Origin: Prorocentrum cordatum | Taxonomy: Eukaryota | NCBI GenBank assembly: GCA_963575745.1 | Contig: CAUYUJ010000225.1 | Location: forward strand, 434,001 to 498,000 | Direction: 5' to 3' | Length of the DNA stretch: 64,000 nucleotides | Shown here: positions 1-12,000 of the stretch, piece by piece | Numbering within the stretch: the first letter of the stretch is position 1 | Layout of the letters: every line of letters starts with the position of its first letter | Made by a program: the position numbers and the translations under genes | Notes under the pieces: generated by a model | The model's input: the letters and a program-made list of their open reading frames with translations, nothing else | What the model was told of the DNA's origin: nothing | Database searches by the model: none

Positions 1-382
1 GTGGTGTGGTGGTGCGGCGCCGTGGTGGCGGGCGGATGGGCGCGCGAGAAAGAGGCCCGCGCTGGGGCGAGAACGCCATCCTGAACGACGGAGGCCAAAC
101 ACCGATCCGAACATGAGGCCCACGCTGCAGCGGGAGCACGATTCGGAACGATTCGGGAGCAGAAATGAGGCCGGCGCCTCAGCGAGAGCAGCATTTTAGA
201 AAAAAAAACACAAGCGAAAACCCAACTCCGGGGAATCCTGTGTGTAAAAAAACAGTACGCGGGGGGGTGCCGAATATCTTCCGGACGCCATCAGGGGAAG
301 TGGGGGAGTAGTATTCATATTGTGTAATTGTAGAGGGGGGAAGGAAGAGGACTGAAGAAAAGGGGCTCGGAGGAACGAGGGA

Positions 383-660
383 GTGACGATGATGATGAGA
401 ATGATGATGATGATGATGCTGATGATGATGATGATGATGATGATGATGACGATGATGATGATGCTGATGGTGGTTATGATGATGATGACGACGACGATGA
501 CATTGATGGCGACGATAATGGTGATGATGATGATGGTGGTGATGACGACGACGACGAAAATGACGATGCCGACGATACCGAGAGAAGGAGGAGGAGGAGG
601 AGGAGGAGAAGGAGGAGGAGGAGGAGGAGGGAGAAGGGGAGAGGAGGGAGGAGAGAGCAG
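383..660. repeat. Compound microsatellite (GAT)n/(GAC)n/(GGA)n
   Basis: Directly visible trinucleotide runs; they generate the poly-M/H/I/S ORFs in the track. Confidence 0.95.
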
Positions 661-662
661 GG

Positions 663-2624
663 AGGACAACGACGGTGCCGCCGGCCATGGACGCGTTGTT
701 CCCTATGGAACCGGGCAAGGCGAAGTCCACGCTGATAGTCGGCGCGAAGTGGTCCCAGGCCGCGAACATCTCCACGGACGCTCACAAGGCCGTCAGTTGC
801 CACCGGGCGGGAATCATCGGAGTGCAGTTCTTCAGGAACAAGGACATACCCGCGGGGGGCAAGCTGAAAGCGCTGCAGGACACGTGGGAGGCGGTCAGGT
901 GCTTGATCCTGGAGGAGGTGAGCACGATTTCGCCCAACCTGTACAACATGCTGGCGTTCCGGTCCTACCTGGGACGCAAGGCCGAGTGGGGCGCGGAGGA
1001 GCGGGAGTACGACCAGGTCGGCGGCGCCTTCGGCAGGATGCCCATCGTGATCCACCTGGGGGATTTCCTGCAGCTGGAGCCGACGGGAAGCAAGGTGTCG
1101 CTCATCACCAGCTTCGAGGAACTGGCGGCGGCGGGCATCAACCTCGCCCCAGAGTGCCAGGCAGTGATGAAGCTCTTCTGCAACACGCCGCTGTGCTTCG
1201 AGCTCCAGGCGTCCAACCGCTTCAAGGACAGCAAGCTCCGAGATCGCATGGCGTTCCTGCGCAAACCGGGGAAGCAGGTCCCTCCGGCCATCTGGGCCAC
1301 GTGGAAAGCCATGCAGCTGAAACCCGATGATCGCCGGCTCCAGGAGGAGAGGTTCCAGAACGGCCACATGATCGGGTCATACTGGGACACCGTGGCGCGG
1401 TGGATGAACATGCGTGCTCAACGGGACGCGGACGTTCTGAAGAAGCCCTAAGCCGCCGACAAGTCTGCGCCGACGATGAGCGCCAAGGACGCCGCCAAGA
1501 TGATGAACTGTGCCAACCCGAAGAACACCGGTGGCATGCACGGGCTGCTCCCGGTGCACGTGGGCATGCGGATTCGGCCCCTGGAAGCGCTCGACCTCAA
1601 GAACGGCCTCGTCAAGGATGCCGACGGGCAGATCGTGCACATCGTCGTGGACCCTCGAGATCGAGACGACGTCGAGAGAGCCGCGGGGGAGGGGGAGAAG
1701 AGGATCTACCTGAAGCGCTTGCCGCTGGGGTTCTGGGCGCGCATGGAGAAGTACGCGAGCGCGCTCTTCGTGGGCGACCTGAAGCGCCACGACGACAGCC
1801 TCACGGGGGACCTCGCGGGCCCGCTGGTGTTCATCGAGCCCCGCACGTCGGAGCCGTTCACCTTCCGCGCCTCCAAGGTCACGCGGACGGGCTTCCCGCT
1901 CTCGCACGGCAGGGTCATCACCGCGGCGGCGTGCCAGGGGCGCACCATGCGGGAAGGCGACGGGTCGCGGATCCTCTGACCCGGGTCAATCCAGACCCGG
2001 GTCAGCAGGAAACCAAAAACTGAAATGCAGGAACAAAAAAACTGCAACGCAGGTCCTCGCAAACCCGGGTCAGCCAATACGCGCGGCCGCCTCGCGGCCA
2101 CGAGCGGCTCCCTGACCCGGGTCAGCCAGTGGGGGCCTTCGCAGGATCCTGCAGGATCCGGCGCCCTGGCTGACCCCCGTTTGCACTGACCCCCGTCTCG
2201 AGGCTCCCGAACGGGGCGGGGGAACGGAGCTCCGGGGACGGCCAGACCTCCGGGGCGCGAGCAGTCCGCGGCTAGACCCCGGTCCTGTGGATTTTCGCCC
2301 TGGGCCGTCGGCTGCCCGGCGCACTGCTCCCTCCGCCGACGTCGCCCAGGCGTGATCCTGGACTGCGGCAGCCGCGAAGTCGGGAACGGCAAGAAGGAGG
2401 ACGACGATTGGTGGCTGGAGCTCTATGTGCTGCTCTCGCGCGCCACGCGCCACGAGGACCTCCTGCTCATGCGGGCGCCGCGCATCGAGTTCTTCCTGGC
2501 AGGACCGCCGGAGGGCTTGCGGAAGCAGCTGGAGCAGTTTGCGGCGCGCACGAAGCGGTGCAGGAGGGAGGCGACGGCCCTCGCCAGGGAGCTCGGCTTC
2601 ACCGAGTTTATCCGCGAGGCCTGA
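663..2624 (+). pseudogene. PIF1-family (SF1B) DNA helicase, Helitron RepHel-like C-terminal part; 5'-truncated and frameshifted
   Basis: PIF1 motifs in order: LILEEVSTI (II), FGRMPIVIHLGDFLQLEP (III), FELQASNRFKD (IV), GFPLSHGRVITAAACQGRT (V), LYVLLSRAT (VI). Walker A is absent upstream. Stop/frame change at 1449-1451. A GC-AG intron at 1957-2349 joins MREG to VILDCG in frame. Confidence 0.85.
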
Positions 2625-4677
2625 CCTGAGGAGCGTCCCCCCCGAGCCGCGCCTTCTCTCGACTGCCCGACTACTTGTTTGTCCTCGCGCCACGGACGAC
2701 CCGCGCGCGTCGCTGGGACCCTCTTGGGGCGACCAGCGCGCGTCGCGGGATCTCCGTGCTGCGTTTTGCCCGGCGCCTCGTTCGCCCGTCGTCGCTCTGC
2801 CCAGCGGTCAGAGCCTTGCCCGCTATCAGCCAGCCAGTTAGCTAGCCAGCTCTCTCTGCTCCGCGCAGCGGACGACCCGCGCGCGTCGCTGGGACCCCGC
2901 CTGGGGCGACCGGCGCGCGTCGCGGGGACTCCGCGCTGCGCTGCGCCCGCAGCTTCGGATTTTTGGAGTGCGCGGGCAAAGAGGGAGGAAAAGAAAGGAC
3001 GAAAACGGGCGCGATCCTCGCAAGGGGCGTGCCGACATGGGCGTCGCGGCGTGCGGGCGCTGCCGTCGGGGTTCCCGCGGAAGCTGCCTGCGGCGGCCAC
3101 GCCCAGTGTCACGAGTGTTCGGACAGGCGTGCTCGAGCCGTTCACATTCATATACATTTACATTAAGCGTAGCCATGATCGCATCATGCAAATATACTCA
3201 CTCGCACGCAGACCCATTTACACTCAGATCCCCTCGCGCTCTGACTCGCCCGCGTTCATTCTTTCATAATCTGACATATCGTATTCCTTTGCGTTGTGTA
3301 CTCCGCCACATGTCGGCACACCCCTCATACAGTTCGTGGCCCCACAGGGAGCACCACCGAAGAAGATACTCACAATTGCGGTACTCACAACTGCATATGG
3401 TTGGGTCCTTCACCAGGATAACTCTGTGAAAACGGATGCTGCAACACCATGTGTTTTTATATGTTTTGAGATCCGGACGAGACCCAAGGATTTTGAAAGA
3501 TTCCGGCATGCGCGCGCGACGACGCGCGCGTGCACACTTCGTCCAATTTGTTGCAAGGGATTTTTGTAAGCTAATGCTTCTTGATAAGCGAGTGCGCGCG
3601 CACTGTATTTTTGGTAGGGGATGGGGGGGGGGAACAGTTTAGCTGGGATGATACGGGTTCAAATTTAGGATGGACGATGGGCGCAATACAATATAAATTG
3701 TACACTCCAACGGGGAACCGATAAGTCGGTGGGGATCGATCTGAATACGTTTGATAGGTATGTGGTACCATATATGTGGCGCGCAATATGTAAAGCAGTA
3801 CATGTGGTGTAAGCTATGTGTGTGGTGTCTAAGCCGTGTAGTGCTACGTGGTGTAGCCGCTTTAGACACGATGTAGTTGTGTTGCAGTCCATGTGGTGCA
3901 AGCGACGCGGTGCAAGCAACCTAACGATTGCTCTGTATTGCACTGCGTTGCAACGGAGGTGAGGGGTGCACCGTGTTGTATGTAGTTATGTGTTGCACTG
4001 TGTTGCGGTCGATTGCAATGCAACGGAAGTGACGGGTGCAACGGGGCGGCGGCGAAGGGCGGCGACGGCGACAACGAACGCGGCGACCGACACCCAGGCC
4101 CAAAAGCAGTGGCGACGGACGGCGGCGACGGCGACAGTTCGTTTTTGGACCAACAAAGAATCGTCAGTGCACGCGTTTTTTTTCGTCAGCGGCGAGGGGG
4201 CGAACTCCGCTCCAGCGAGAAGCTAGATAGGGGCACGAACTAGCGAATTGGCCGGCGAGCAAAGAGGGTGGGGGGGACGGCCGAGAGGAAAAAGGGACGC
4301 TCAGACGTCAAAGAGTTCGACGATGAGCAGCCGGGGTGGGCAGCAGCAGCCAGGCGCGCAGGGCCAGAGCGCGGTGGACAGCCGCGGCGAACCACGGTGG
4401 CAAAGGCGGCGGGAGGGCGGCAACCAGCGGCTGGAGATGGCGGGCGGAGAACGTACGTGCACGCACCGTTTGGGGGAAATCAGAGGCAACAGCGTGGAAT
4501 GGGGATTCCCCGCTGCAATGTCCCGGCGGAAAACCGCGGGTCACGCCCGGAAGCCGCGAGGAGGACATCCACCTCCATCCTCCTTGACGTCCACCGCCTC
4601 ATCCCCCTCAGTCCTCCGCAACAAGCACCTGCTCGTGCACCTCTCAAGCAGCACCACCCTGGCATCCCCCTCCCCAT

Positions 4678-4910
4678 CGTCCTCCTCCTCCTCCTCCTCC
4701 TCCTCCTCCTCCTCCTCCTCCTCCTCCTCCTCCTCCTCCTGGGCATCCCAGTCTTCCTCCCCCTCCTCGTCCTGCTGCTCCTCCTCCTCCTCAAATTCAT
4801 CATCATCATCCTCCTCCTCGTCCTGCTGCTCCTCCTCCTCCTCCTCCTCCTCCTCCTCCTCCCCCTCCTGCCTTACCTCCTCCTCGTCCTCCTCCCCCTC
4901 CTCCTCCACC
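4678..4910. repeat. (CCT)n-rich microsatellite
   Basis: Directly visible. Confidence 0.9.
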
Positions 4911-5119
4911 TGCCCCTGCAGCACATCATGGATAAGACGCGGCTGGCTGCATGAATAAGACGGCGCCGATGCACTTACATCCGCGTGCAGCTTGCGCGCG
5001 GGTGAACGCGCAGTCGATCCCCGCGGCATCGCCCCCCAAACATCAAACTAGGCGGTGCAACGGACCGCTTCTGTCAAAGCCTCGTCTCCCCCCTCGGGGG
5101 CGGTTAACCCACCCATCCC

Positions 5120-5151
5120 GCTAATCCAGAAGCCGCATTAAAGTGATCATT
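5120..5151 (+). repeat. Left terminal inverted repeat (GC-TA + ATCCAGAAGCCGCATTAAAGTGATCATT)
   Basis: Exact 32/32 reverse complement of 33206-33237. Confidence 0.95.
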
Positions 5152-5161
5152 TGTTTTTTGG

Positions 5162-5246
5162 CCCCCCCTCTGTCACAGAGGGGGTCAAATATGCCCCCCC
5201 TCTGTCACAGAGGGGGTCTGAGATGCCCCCCCTCTGTCGCGGAGGA
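5162..5246. repeat. Left subterminal palindromes CCCCCTCTGT-C-ACAGAGGGGG x3, 32-bp period
   Basis: Copies near 5164, 5196 and 5228 (third degenerate); the same motif occurs inside the right TIR. Confidence 0.9.
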
Positions 5247-5752
5247 CCTCGTTCTGGGTGCTCTTCTGCCACGGGAGCTCCCGATACGATTGGAGACGAT
5301 AAAATGTGATAGCGGGACGGGGGATTGGAGGGGGAGGGAGAAGAAAACGATGAAGGAGAGGAGGCAACGACAGCCCCGATGAAAGCACCGTTTCTTTTTC
5401 CTTCTCCGCTCGGGCAGCGGTCGCCGAGCACGACGGCGCGCGCGAGTCGCCGCCGCTCACGATGCATTGGCAAGGCCTCCGCTGCTGCGGAGGGTCGACG
5501 TTCGGCCGATGAGGCCTCCCTCCGCTGCTGCGGAGGGGCGGCTCCTGTGCGATGGTTCATCTAAGCTTTTCCCAGGGATTGGTTTCGGGGGGGGGTTCGA
5601 CCCACCTCCAAGTCGTGGTCGCGACCTCCCAGTGCCCCTGGCCGCTACTCCACCCACTGTGGCTGCTCCACCAGTCACTGGGGCGTTTGTCGCTGCCGAA
5701 TGCAACTTGCATGTCGCGCCAGGCGGAGTCGACCATGCGGTCCTGCAGCGAG

Positions 5753-5928
5753 GAAAAAAAAAAAAGAAAAAAAATAAAAAACAAAAAAAAAAACAAAAAA
5801 AAAAAAAAAAGAAAAAAAAAAAAAATAAAAAAAAAATAAAAAAGTAAAAAAAAAAAATAAAAAAAAAACAAAAAAAAAAAAAAGAAATAAAAAAAAACAA
5901 AAGAAAAACAAAAAAAACAAAAAAAAAG

Positions 5929-5977
<49 letters not shown>

Positions 5978-5985
5978 AAAAAAAA
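5753..5985. repeat. Degenerate poly(A) tract
   Basis: About 230 nt of almost pure A; may be a sequencing or consensus artefact. Confidence 0.8.
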
Positions 5986-6326
5986 CCTCGCCGCTCGGCT
6001 GTTGCCACTCGCGCTCCTCGCCCTCCGTGGTGCGCCACCGCTCATCCCTGCGCCACTCCCCGTCTGTTGGTTGCTGCCGTGGCGTTTGTGGCCTCCGCTG
6101 CTGCGGGGGCTCTGGCGGCTCGTGGCCGAGGGCAGCGATCGCGTCCGAGATGTAGATGGCGGCGCCGCGCTGCCCTCGCTGCTCCAGCGGCGCAGGCCCT
6201 GGAGATGGGCACTGCGGGGTCGGCTGCCACCTTGGGTGATAAATAATTATTTCTATATCCCCTCCCTGTCAACTCCCGCCCCTTCCCGACACTCATTTCC
6301 TTATGTCATCCCTCGTCCTGCTCAGC

Positions 6327-8384
6327 CTATTCCTCATTCCCTCTCCTCCCTCCTGCCCTCCCCGTGCTCCACCGCCCCTCTCCCCCCCTCCCCCTTTCGA
6401 CCCCCCGCCGCGACCTTCCATCGCCAGCCGCGGGCATGTCGCGGCCGTCGTCCGCGCTTTCGTCTGCCCATCTTGGTGGGCGCCACGCCTGTTGGGCGCG
6501 CTCGTCTTGCTCGCCCCTCTCGCTGCGCTGCTCTGGTGCCTGGCGCTCGTGCTGCTCGGGCGGCAGCGGCGCCCTGAGCGCAGCTGCCAGCTGTTTCTGG
6601 GCGCGCCTGTCTTTCCTCTCTTTGGCTCTCTCCTGCTTCCTCCCCGGCGAACGCACGCTGGCCATGCGCATTTGGAACAGGAGAGGGTAGTGGGCGCCGC
6701 CGTGCCAGCGCCCCTCCACCTCCACGGTCTCTGGCGGGAACGTCTTCTGCAACGCGCGGAAGAGGGTCACCTCGCGATTACTAGAGTAGCGGTGGTCCCC
6801 TCTAGCCTCAGCCTCGGCGCGCCTCAGTTTCTCACTCTCCTTCTCTTGGATCTTGCGTTGGCATTCCTCTGACTGAGTCAGTAAATCCTGGAGGTGCTCG
6901 CGGGCGTCTTTTTTCGGGTAGTAGCAAGAGTAAGGCATCCCTGGGCCTCCGTTCTGGCTGTGGTGCCAGTACGTCGGCTGCGATGATGGGCTGGTGGCGG
7001 CCCCCGCTGCTGCGGGGGCCTCTGCCTTGCTTCTGTTACGGTACCCGATCTCACCGATCACCGACTTGCGTGCGAAGAGCAACCCCGTCTCGTCTCTGTC
7101 GTGCACGGCGCTCAGCGGCCAGCACAGGGTGTACTCGCCAGGCCTGTTGAAAACGAAGATGCCGCAGCTGTCCAAGCACGGAGTGCCGTCGAATCCGCGC
7201 CAGAAGTACGCTGCTGCCGTCTCCAATCGCATGCCTAGACCCCGAAGACTCGGCAGCGTCTGTGTGAGCGCCATGTTGAAATCCCCACAAAGGATGTCAA
7301 CGCTGTTGTCCTGCAAGATGGTCGCCAACCTCGGCCACCACGTCTTGTGAGCCTCGTTAAAGCCTCTGGAATTTTTCGCCGTGTCGCGGTGGAGGTGCTC
7401 CGCGCACGCCCGCACTTTCGAGCCGAAGTGGGCGTAGGTTTGATCGAAGTAGATCTCAACCACCATGATCCTCGAGAACGCTTCCATATTGCGCCCTTTT
7501 GCTGTTCTGTAGTGGCCGTCGACACTCCTTTCCCAGTGGAGCAGCCGCATTTCGTAACACAGATTTGCGCGCGCAGCGATGCACAAGGACTTGTCCTCAC
7601 GCCCGCGCAGGGTCAAGTATTCGTACTCTGGTCGATTCTGGAGCTGTTGGCAATCGCCAACACTCGCAGCGCGACTCCCTCTTGCTGTCGCCATCGCTGC
7701 TGCGGGGGCGACAAAAAGCCCACCGCTGCTGCTGCTTTGGCCCTCCGCTGCTGACGCCCCCGCTGCTGCGGGGGCGTCCGCCTGCAGCGGCGGTGGTTTC
7801 CCTGGCCGCTGTAGGATTGACTCCATCTGCTCCTCACATTCCGCAAAGCTCGCCACGAGAGCAGGGCAATGCCGCAGCTGCAACTCAAGTCTCCGCCGCT
7901 GGTCCGCGTGGTTGGTCTCGCTCGGCATGGGGCCCCAGTTCCCGAACAGGACGGAAAGGTTGCCCACGTTGTCGTTCCGTGGCCTGTTCACGTCAGCCGC
8001 CCTTCTTTCGCAGAAGAATTTTGGCGGGACGGTGTCGCGAAGAACGCGTTCGCGCCGCTCGACGTCGTTGGGCGGCCTGCAGCCCCTAAATTCCTGAGGC
8101 TCTTCGTCATCGCTCGGATCCACCACGGAGTCGCCTGGGCGGGTGCGTATCGTAGAAACTTCTGATCGCGCCGCCGCTGCTGAGCTTGAGACGCCAGGCG
8201 GCGCAGCCCCCGCTGCTGCGGGGGCGCCCTCTGGCACAAAGGCCCAAGGACCCTTCCAGGGTTCTGCCTGACCACCTACAGGTCGCCAAACCTTCCCAGA
8301 TTTCGCTGTGAACACTGCCGTCAGTCGGCCCCGAGGCCCCGCTGCTGCGGGGCCCAATGGGCTGCTGCTGCTGCGCCGCGCCAT
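6327..8384 (-). CDS. Exonuclease-endonuclease-phosphatase (EEP/DNase I-like) domain protein, 685 aa
   Basis: Uninterrupted ORF with EEP-like motifs in canonical order: SVLFGNWG, ASFAECE, EHLH, DILCGDFN, CLDSCGIFV, GAHYPL. Confidence 0.7.
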   Translation of the reverse strand: MARRSSSSPLGPAAAGPRGRLTAVFTAKSGKVWRPVGGQAEPWKGPWAFVPEGAPAAAGAAPPGVSSSAAAARSEVSTIRTRPGDSVVDPSDDEEPQEFRGCRPPNDVERRERVLRDTVPPKFFCERRAADVNRPRNDNVGNLSVLFGNWGPMPSETNHADQRRRLELQLRHCPALVASFAECEEQMESILQRPGKPPPLQADAPAAAGASAAEGQSSSSGGLFVAPAAAMATARGSRAASVGDCQQLQNRPEYEYLTLRGREDKSLCIAARANLCYEMRLLHWERSVDGHYRTAKGRNMEAFSRIMVVEIYFDQTYAHFGSKVRACAEHLHRDTAKNSRGFNEAHKTWWPRLATILQDNSVDILCGDFNMALTQTLPSLRGLGMRLETAAAYFWRGFDGTPCLDSCGIFVFNRPGEYTLCWPLSAVHDRDETGLLFARKSVIGEIGYRNRSKAEAPAAAGAATSPSSQPTYWHHSQNGGPGMPYSCYYPKKDAREHLQDLLTQSEECQRKIQEKESEKLRRAEAEARGDHRYSSNREVTLFRALQKTFPPETVEVEGRWHGGAHYPLLFQMRMASVRSPGRKQERAKERKDRRAQKQLAAALRAPLPPEQHERQAPEQRSERGEQDERAQQAWRPPRWADESADDGRDMPAAGDGRSRRGVERGRGGEGRWSTGRAGGRRGNEE

Positions 8385-9011
8385 CGCTATTAATAATAAT
8401 GTGATTCAGTCGGGAGTTAGCGTCAAGCCGAAACTCCCAGACAACAAACGCGGCGAGGAGGGGGCCGGAGCGAAGAGGGGGAAGACGGGGCGGATAGGGA
8501 AGGAAAGGGCGGGAGAGAGAGAGGTAGAGAGAGAAGAGAGGAGAACAGGAGATAGTGAGTACTACGAATCAAACAAGTTAACTGACAGAGAGGGATCGTT
8601 AGAGCGAGAGAAGCAGAGAGAGATATAAGAGCTAGAGACTCGAGAGAGAGAGAGGGATAGAGAGGGAATAGAAGGAAGAGAACGGCGCGAACACTATCTA
8701 TAGCTAGAGAAGAAGAGAGAGAGGGATAGAGAGAGGAATGATATAATGACCAGGAGAGATCAGGGAGAAGGAGGGGGGAGAGCAGGAGGAGGGGCGGAGT
8801 GATCGACACCCGCGTGGTTTTCTCCCCCTGCCTGCTCTCCCCCTCCTCTCACCTCCTCCCCCGTCCCCCCTCCACCCTGTTTCTTCTGCGCAAGGCCTGC
8901 GCTACGTCCGCGCGCGCACGCGGCACCTCAGTCGCAGGCAGGTGGGAGAGCAGTGGCTGCTGCCCGAACTCACGCCCCGCGCCTCGCCGCTGCTGCGGCG
9001 GGCCGCGCCTC

Positions 9012-12000
9012 TCAGAGGCCCCCAGCTGCAGGGAGCGCAAGCGCCAGGGAGCCAGACAGACGGCGTCGCGTCTCACTGTGCACAAACATGCTGAAAGCTC
9101 TCGGGTTGCCCCCCAAGTACTCGTCTATGACGCTCTGCAACCATGTGGCAAACGTCTCCGGACACTTTCCACCGAAGTCCTCCATGCCAGCGGCGTCCCA
9201 TTCCCGCCGAAACCAGTCAAAATCTGACCGCTGAGCTGCAGAAAGCCCAGAACCCAAAATCGCAAGGCGATTCAGCGCGTCGCACCTCGACGTTCGACCC
9301 GCCACGCCTCCGCAGCTGCGAAGGCCCGCGCCCAGCTCGGATAGCCCGACATGCTTCATCCTGTGTTTGATATCTATGGCTGCCTCTGCGTCTAAGAGTT
9401 TGGCTTGCTGTGTCCTCAGCAGCTTGCGCGCTTTCTTTACGTCGTCCCCCAGGCGGGTTAGCTCTTCTCTGCGCCGCGCCTCGACATCCCGCAGTCGTTT
9501 CTCGTTTCTGAGCGTCGCCTCGCGGGCGTCCTCGTATGCTGCGAGGGCTCGCTGAACCCCAGGATCTTCCTTCGACACTTCACGCACTCGCCTCCGTTCT
9601 TTCCGTCATTGCGTCTCCATGAACGTGGCCCCCGCGATGTCGCCCCAGCTGCGCAACTCCTCAGCGATCGACGAATGCGTTCTCATCAATTCAGACGTCT
9701 GCTCCGCAGTTTCCATACGAGACGTCGACAGGCCAGGCGGTGCCTCCAGCGCGCTCTCCCCCGCCGCTGCTGCGGTGAGACTTTGATTGGCCCATTCGTA
9801 GTCAAACTCGCCAGCGGCGCTCCACCCGTCGTCGCCCTCGCTCCCATCATCTTCATCTCCTTCGAGGGCGTCGACGGAATTGCCACCCTCAGTGCCCCCG
9901 CTGCTGCGGAGACCCTCGGCTGCGTCTTCCGCCCCCTCCATGCCATGCCAAACCTTGTCGCCCTCGTCAAGAGCCGTGTCGTCTCCAAGGTTTGCGAACA
10001 CGTCGTCGCAGTGGCCGCGTCGAGGGTGCGGGAGGACCAATCGCATGATGTCTTTGTAAGTCCATCTCAAGCGCCCCGCCTGTACCTCTTCTTCGACCTC
10101 CGCTACTGCGGCGGCGACCTTCTCACGCATCCCCAACTTCCTCCAGAAATGGCCTGCCTCCTTGCATATGCGCGCGTCCAAGTCCGCATCCCACAGATTT
10201 GCCTTGAAACCAGTGTCCCAGTACCCGTCTGCCGCAGCCAAGTGAAGACTCATTTGGGACATCACTTCCACCATCAAGTCAATGCATTCTAACTTGTCCA
10301 GCTGTGGGACGCACTGGCCCAGCCTCATGGCTCTCAGCAGCGCGGCTCCTTCTCTCTTCATGTACTCGCGCTTGGCGTGTTGATTCAGATGTGTGTCCAC
10401 AGTTTGGAGGATTGGGGTCACGCCGCCCCCGTGCGGGATGAACACGTACCCTCGAGACCAACATAGCTTACTCACAAGCGGGGACAAGTGAGGGCCATGA
10501 TCATCCGCCATCATAAGTCTCCACTCCCGCTGCTGCGGAGGCTCTGGCAGATGAGGGAGGTGGCGGTCCAGGTACGCGAGCACGCACGGTGTCCGGTAAG
10601 ACCCCTTGGTGCTGGTGGTCGCCGACACCCATCTGCCGAACCCTCGGCGCCGAAGGTGTTCGAGCAGGCGCGGCCTCAACTTCTCTCCTCCCCCCTCCGC
10701 CTTGAACATGCACTCCATCGGTGGGGGGGCCTTCTCTCCGCAGTCGACCCTTGTCGCTCATTGTCATGAAATTGGCCGTCCACCGCTCCCGCACCGCGCC
10801 GTGGCACTCCACCAGTGGCACTTCGACCCCCGCTACTGCGAGGGTCCTCACGCCAGCTGATCCTGTTTCATTGTGGTGGAAAGGCGACTGGTCGAAGTTC
10901 TCCATCTCGGGATCCTGCTCGTTGAGTAGCACGCACGCGGCGCGCACCCTAAACACATTCAGCCAGCCTCGCTCGAGGCGCTCTTCCAAGACGGGCAGCG
11001 GGCACTTGTACTTCCTGTTCGGGTACCGCATGCTGAGGCCGTATTCCTTGCGCCAGGAGGCCCACCAGCGCGACCTCAACTCCACGGCGGCGGGTCGCTG
11101 CCCGATCCGCAGCTGCTGCGTGACGTACTCGCTCATGAGCTCCAACGCTTTGGTCTGGCGCATGCTTTGCGTGAACCTTGCTATCTTCGCTGGCTCTCTT
11201 TGGGTACTTCGCAGTCCACTTTTGATCATCTTCCAATCCACACTGTGCCGAATGGAACTCCACCATTCAAACAGAGCTTGCCGCAACCAAGGGCATTTTC
11301 GAGCTGGGCCCTGTCCCTGGTGTGGTATCCTTTTCCGCCCTTTCCACTTCAGGAGGCGCCCCTGCCCGTGCTGCTTCTCGTGTCCCCGCGGCTGCCGAAC
11401 AGCCTCCGCTACTGCGGAGGCGTATTTCGACGACAGTAAAGCCTTGTGCCAGCGCCGCACAACGTGCGTGCGCTTCCTGAGAGGGAGACGGGACATGGAA
11501 CCCCAGTCCCACGCATCCATGAATGAACGCGCCCCTCCATGCGGAAAGCGCTCTCCAGGCGTCCAGCCTAAAGAGCGCATGTGCTCGTCGAAAGCACCCG
11601 CTATCTCCATCCTCGAGCACAGGAGCGACGGGACCACCACGCGCTTCTTGTTCTGGGCGGGGGCTTGGCGCTCGCAGCCGCGGTTCCTGCACCTCAAGAG
11701 CTGCTCCTCCCGCTCTGCGGGCATCAACTCCCGAGCTACGTCCAGGGCGCACGCAGCGTCTGTCAGTCCTGTCCACCATTGGATGGCTTGCACGAGCTCC
11801 TGACAGACAGCCTCGGCGTCGACTTCCACCACGGCCAAGTCCTCAGGTGGCGCCGCCGCAGCTGCGGCGGCAACGCCCTGTGCTCTCGGAGGGGCGGCGT
11901 GGCCAGGCTGCGGGACAAGTTCTTCGTCGTCTAAGGCGCTCTGCAGGCGACGAAGCTCCTGGACGTCATCCTGCGTGGCTTCTTGTGTCAGGACCATCGC

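Noticed and set aside
179..669. Poly-His/Ile/Met ORFs, and similar poly-S/E/R/F/K ORFs at 4248-5029, 5457-6045, 28843-29805, 52072-52887, 53637-54522 and 56238-56789
   Set aside because: These are translations of microsatellites or poly(A), with no coding evidence.
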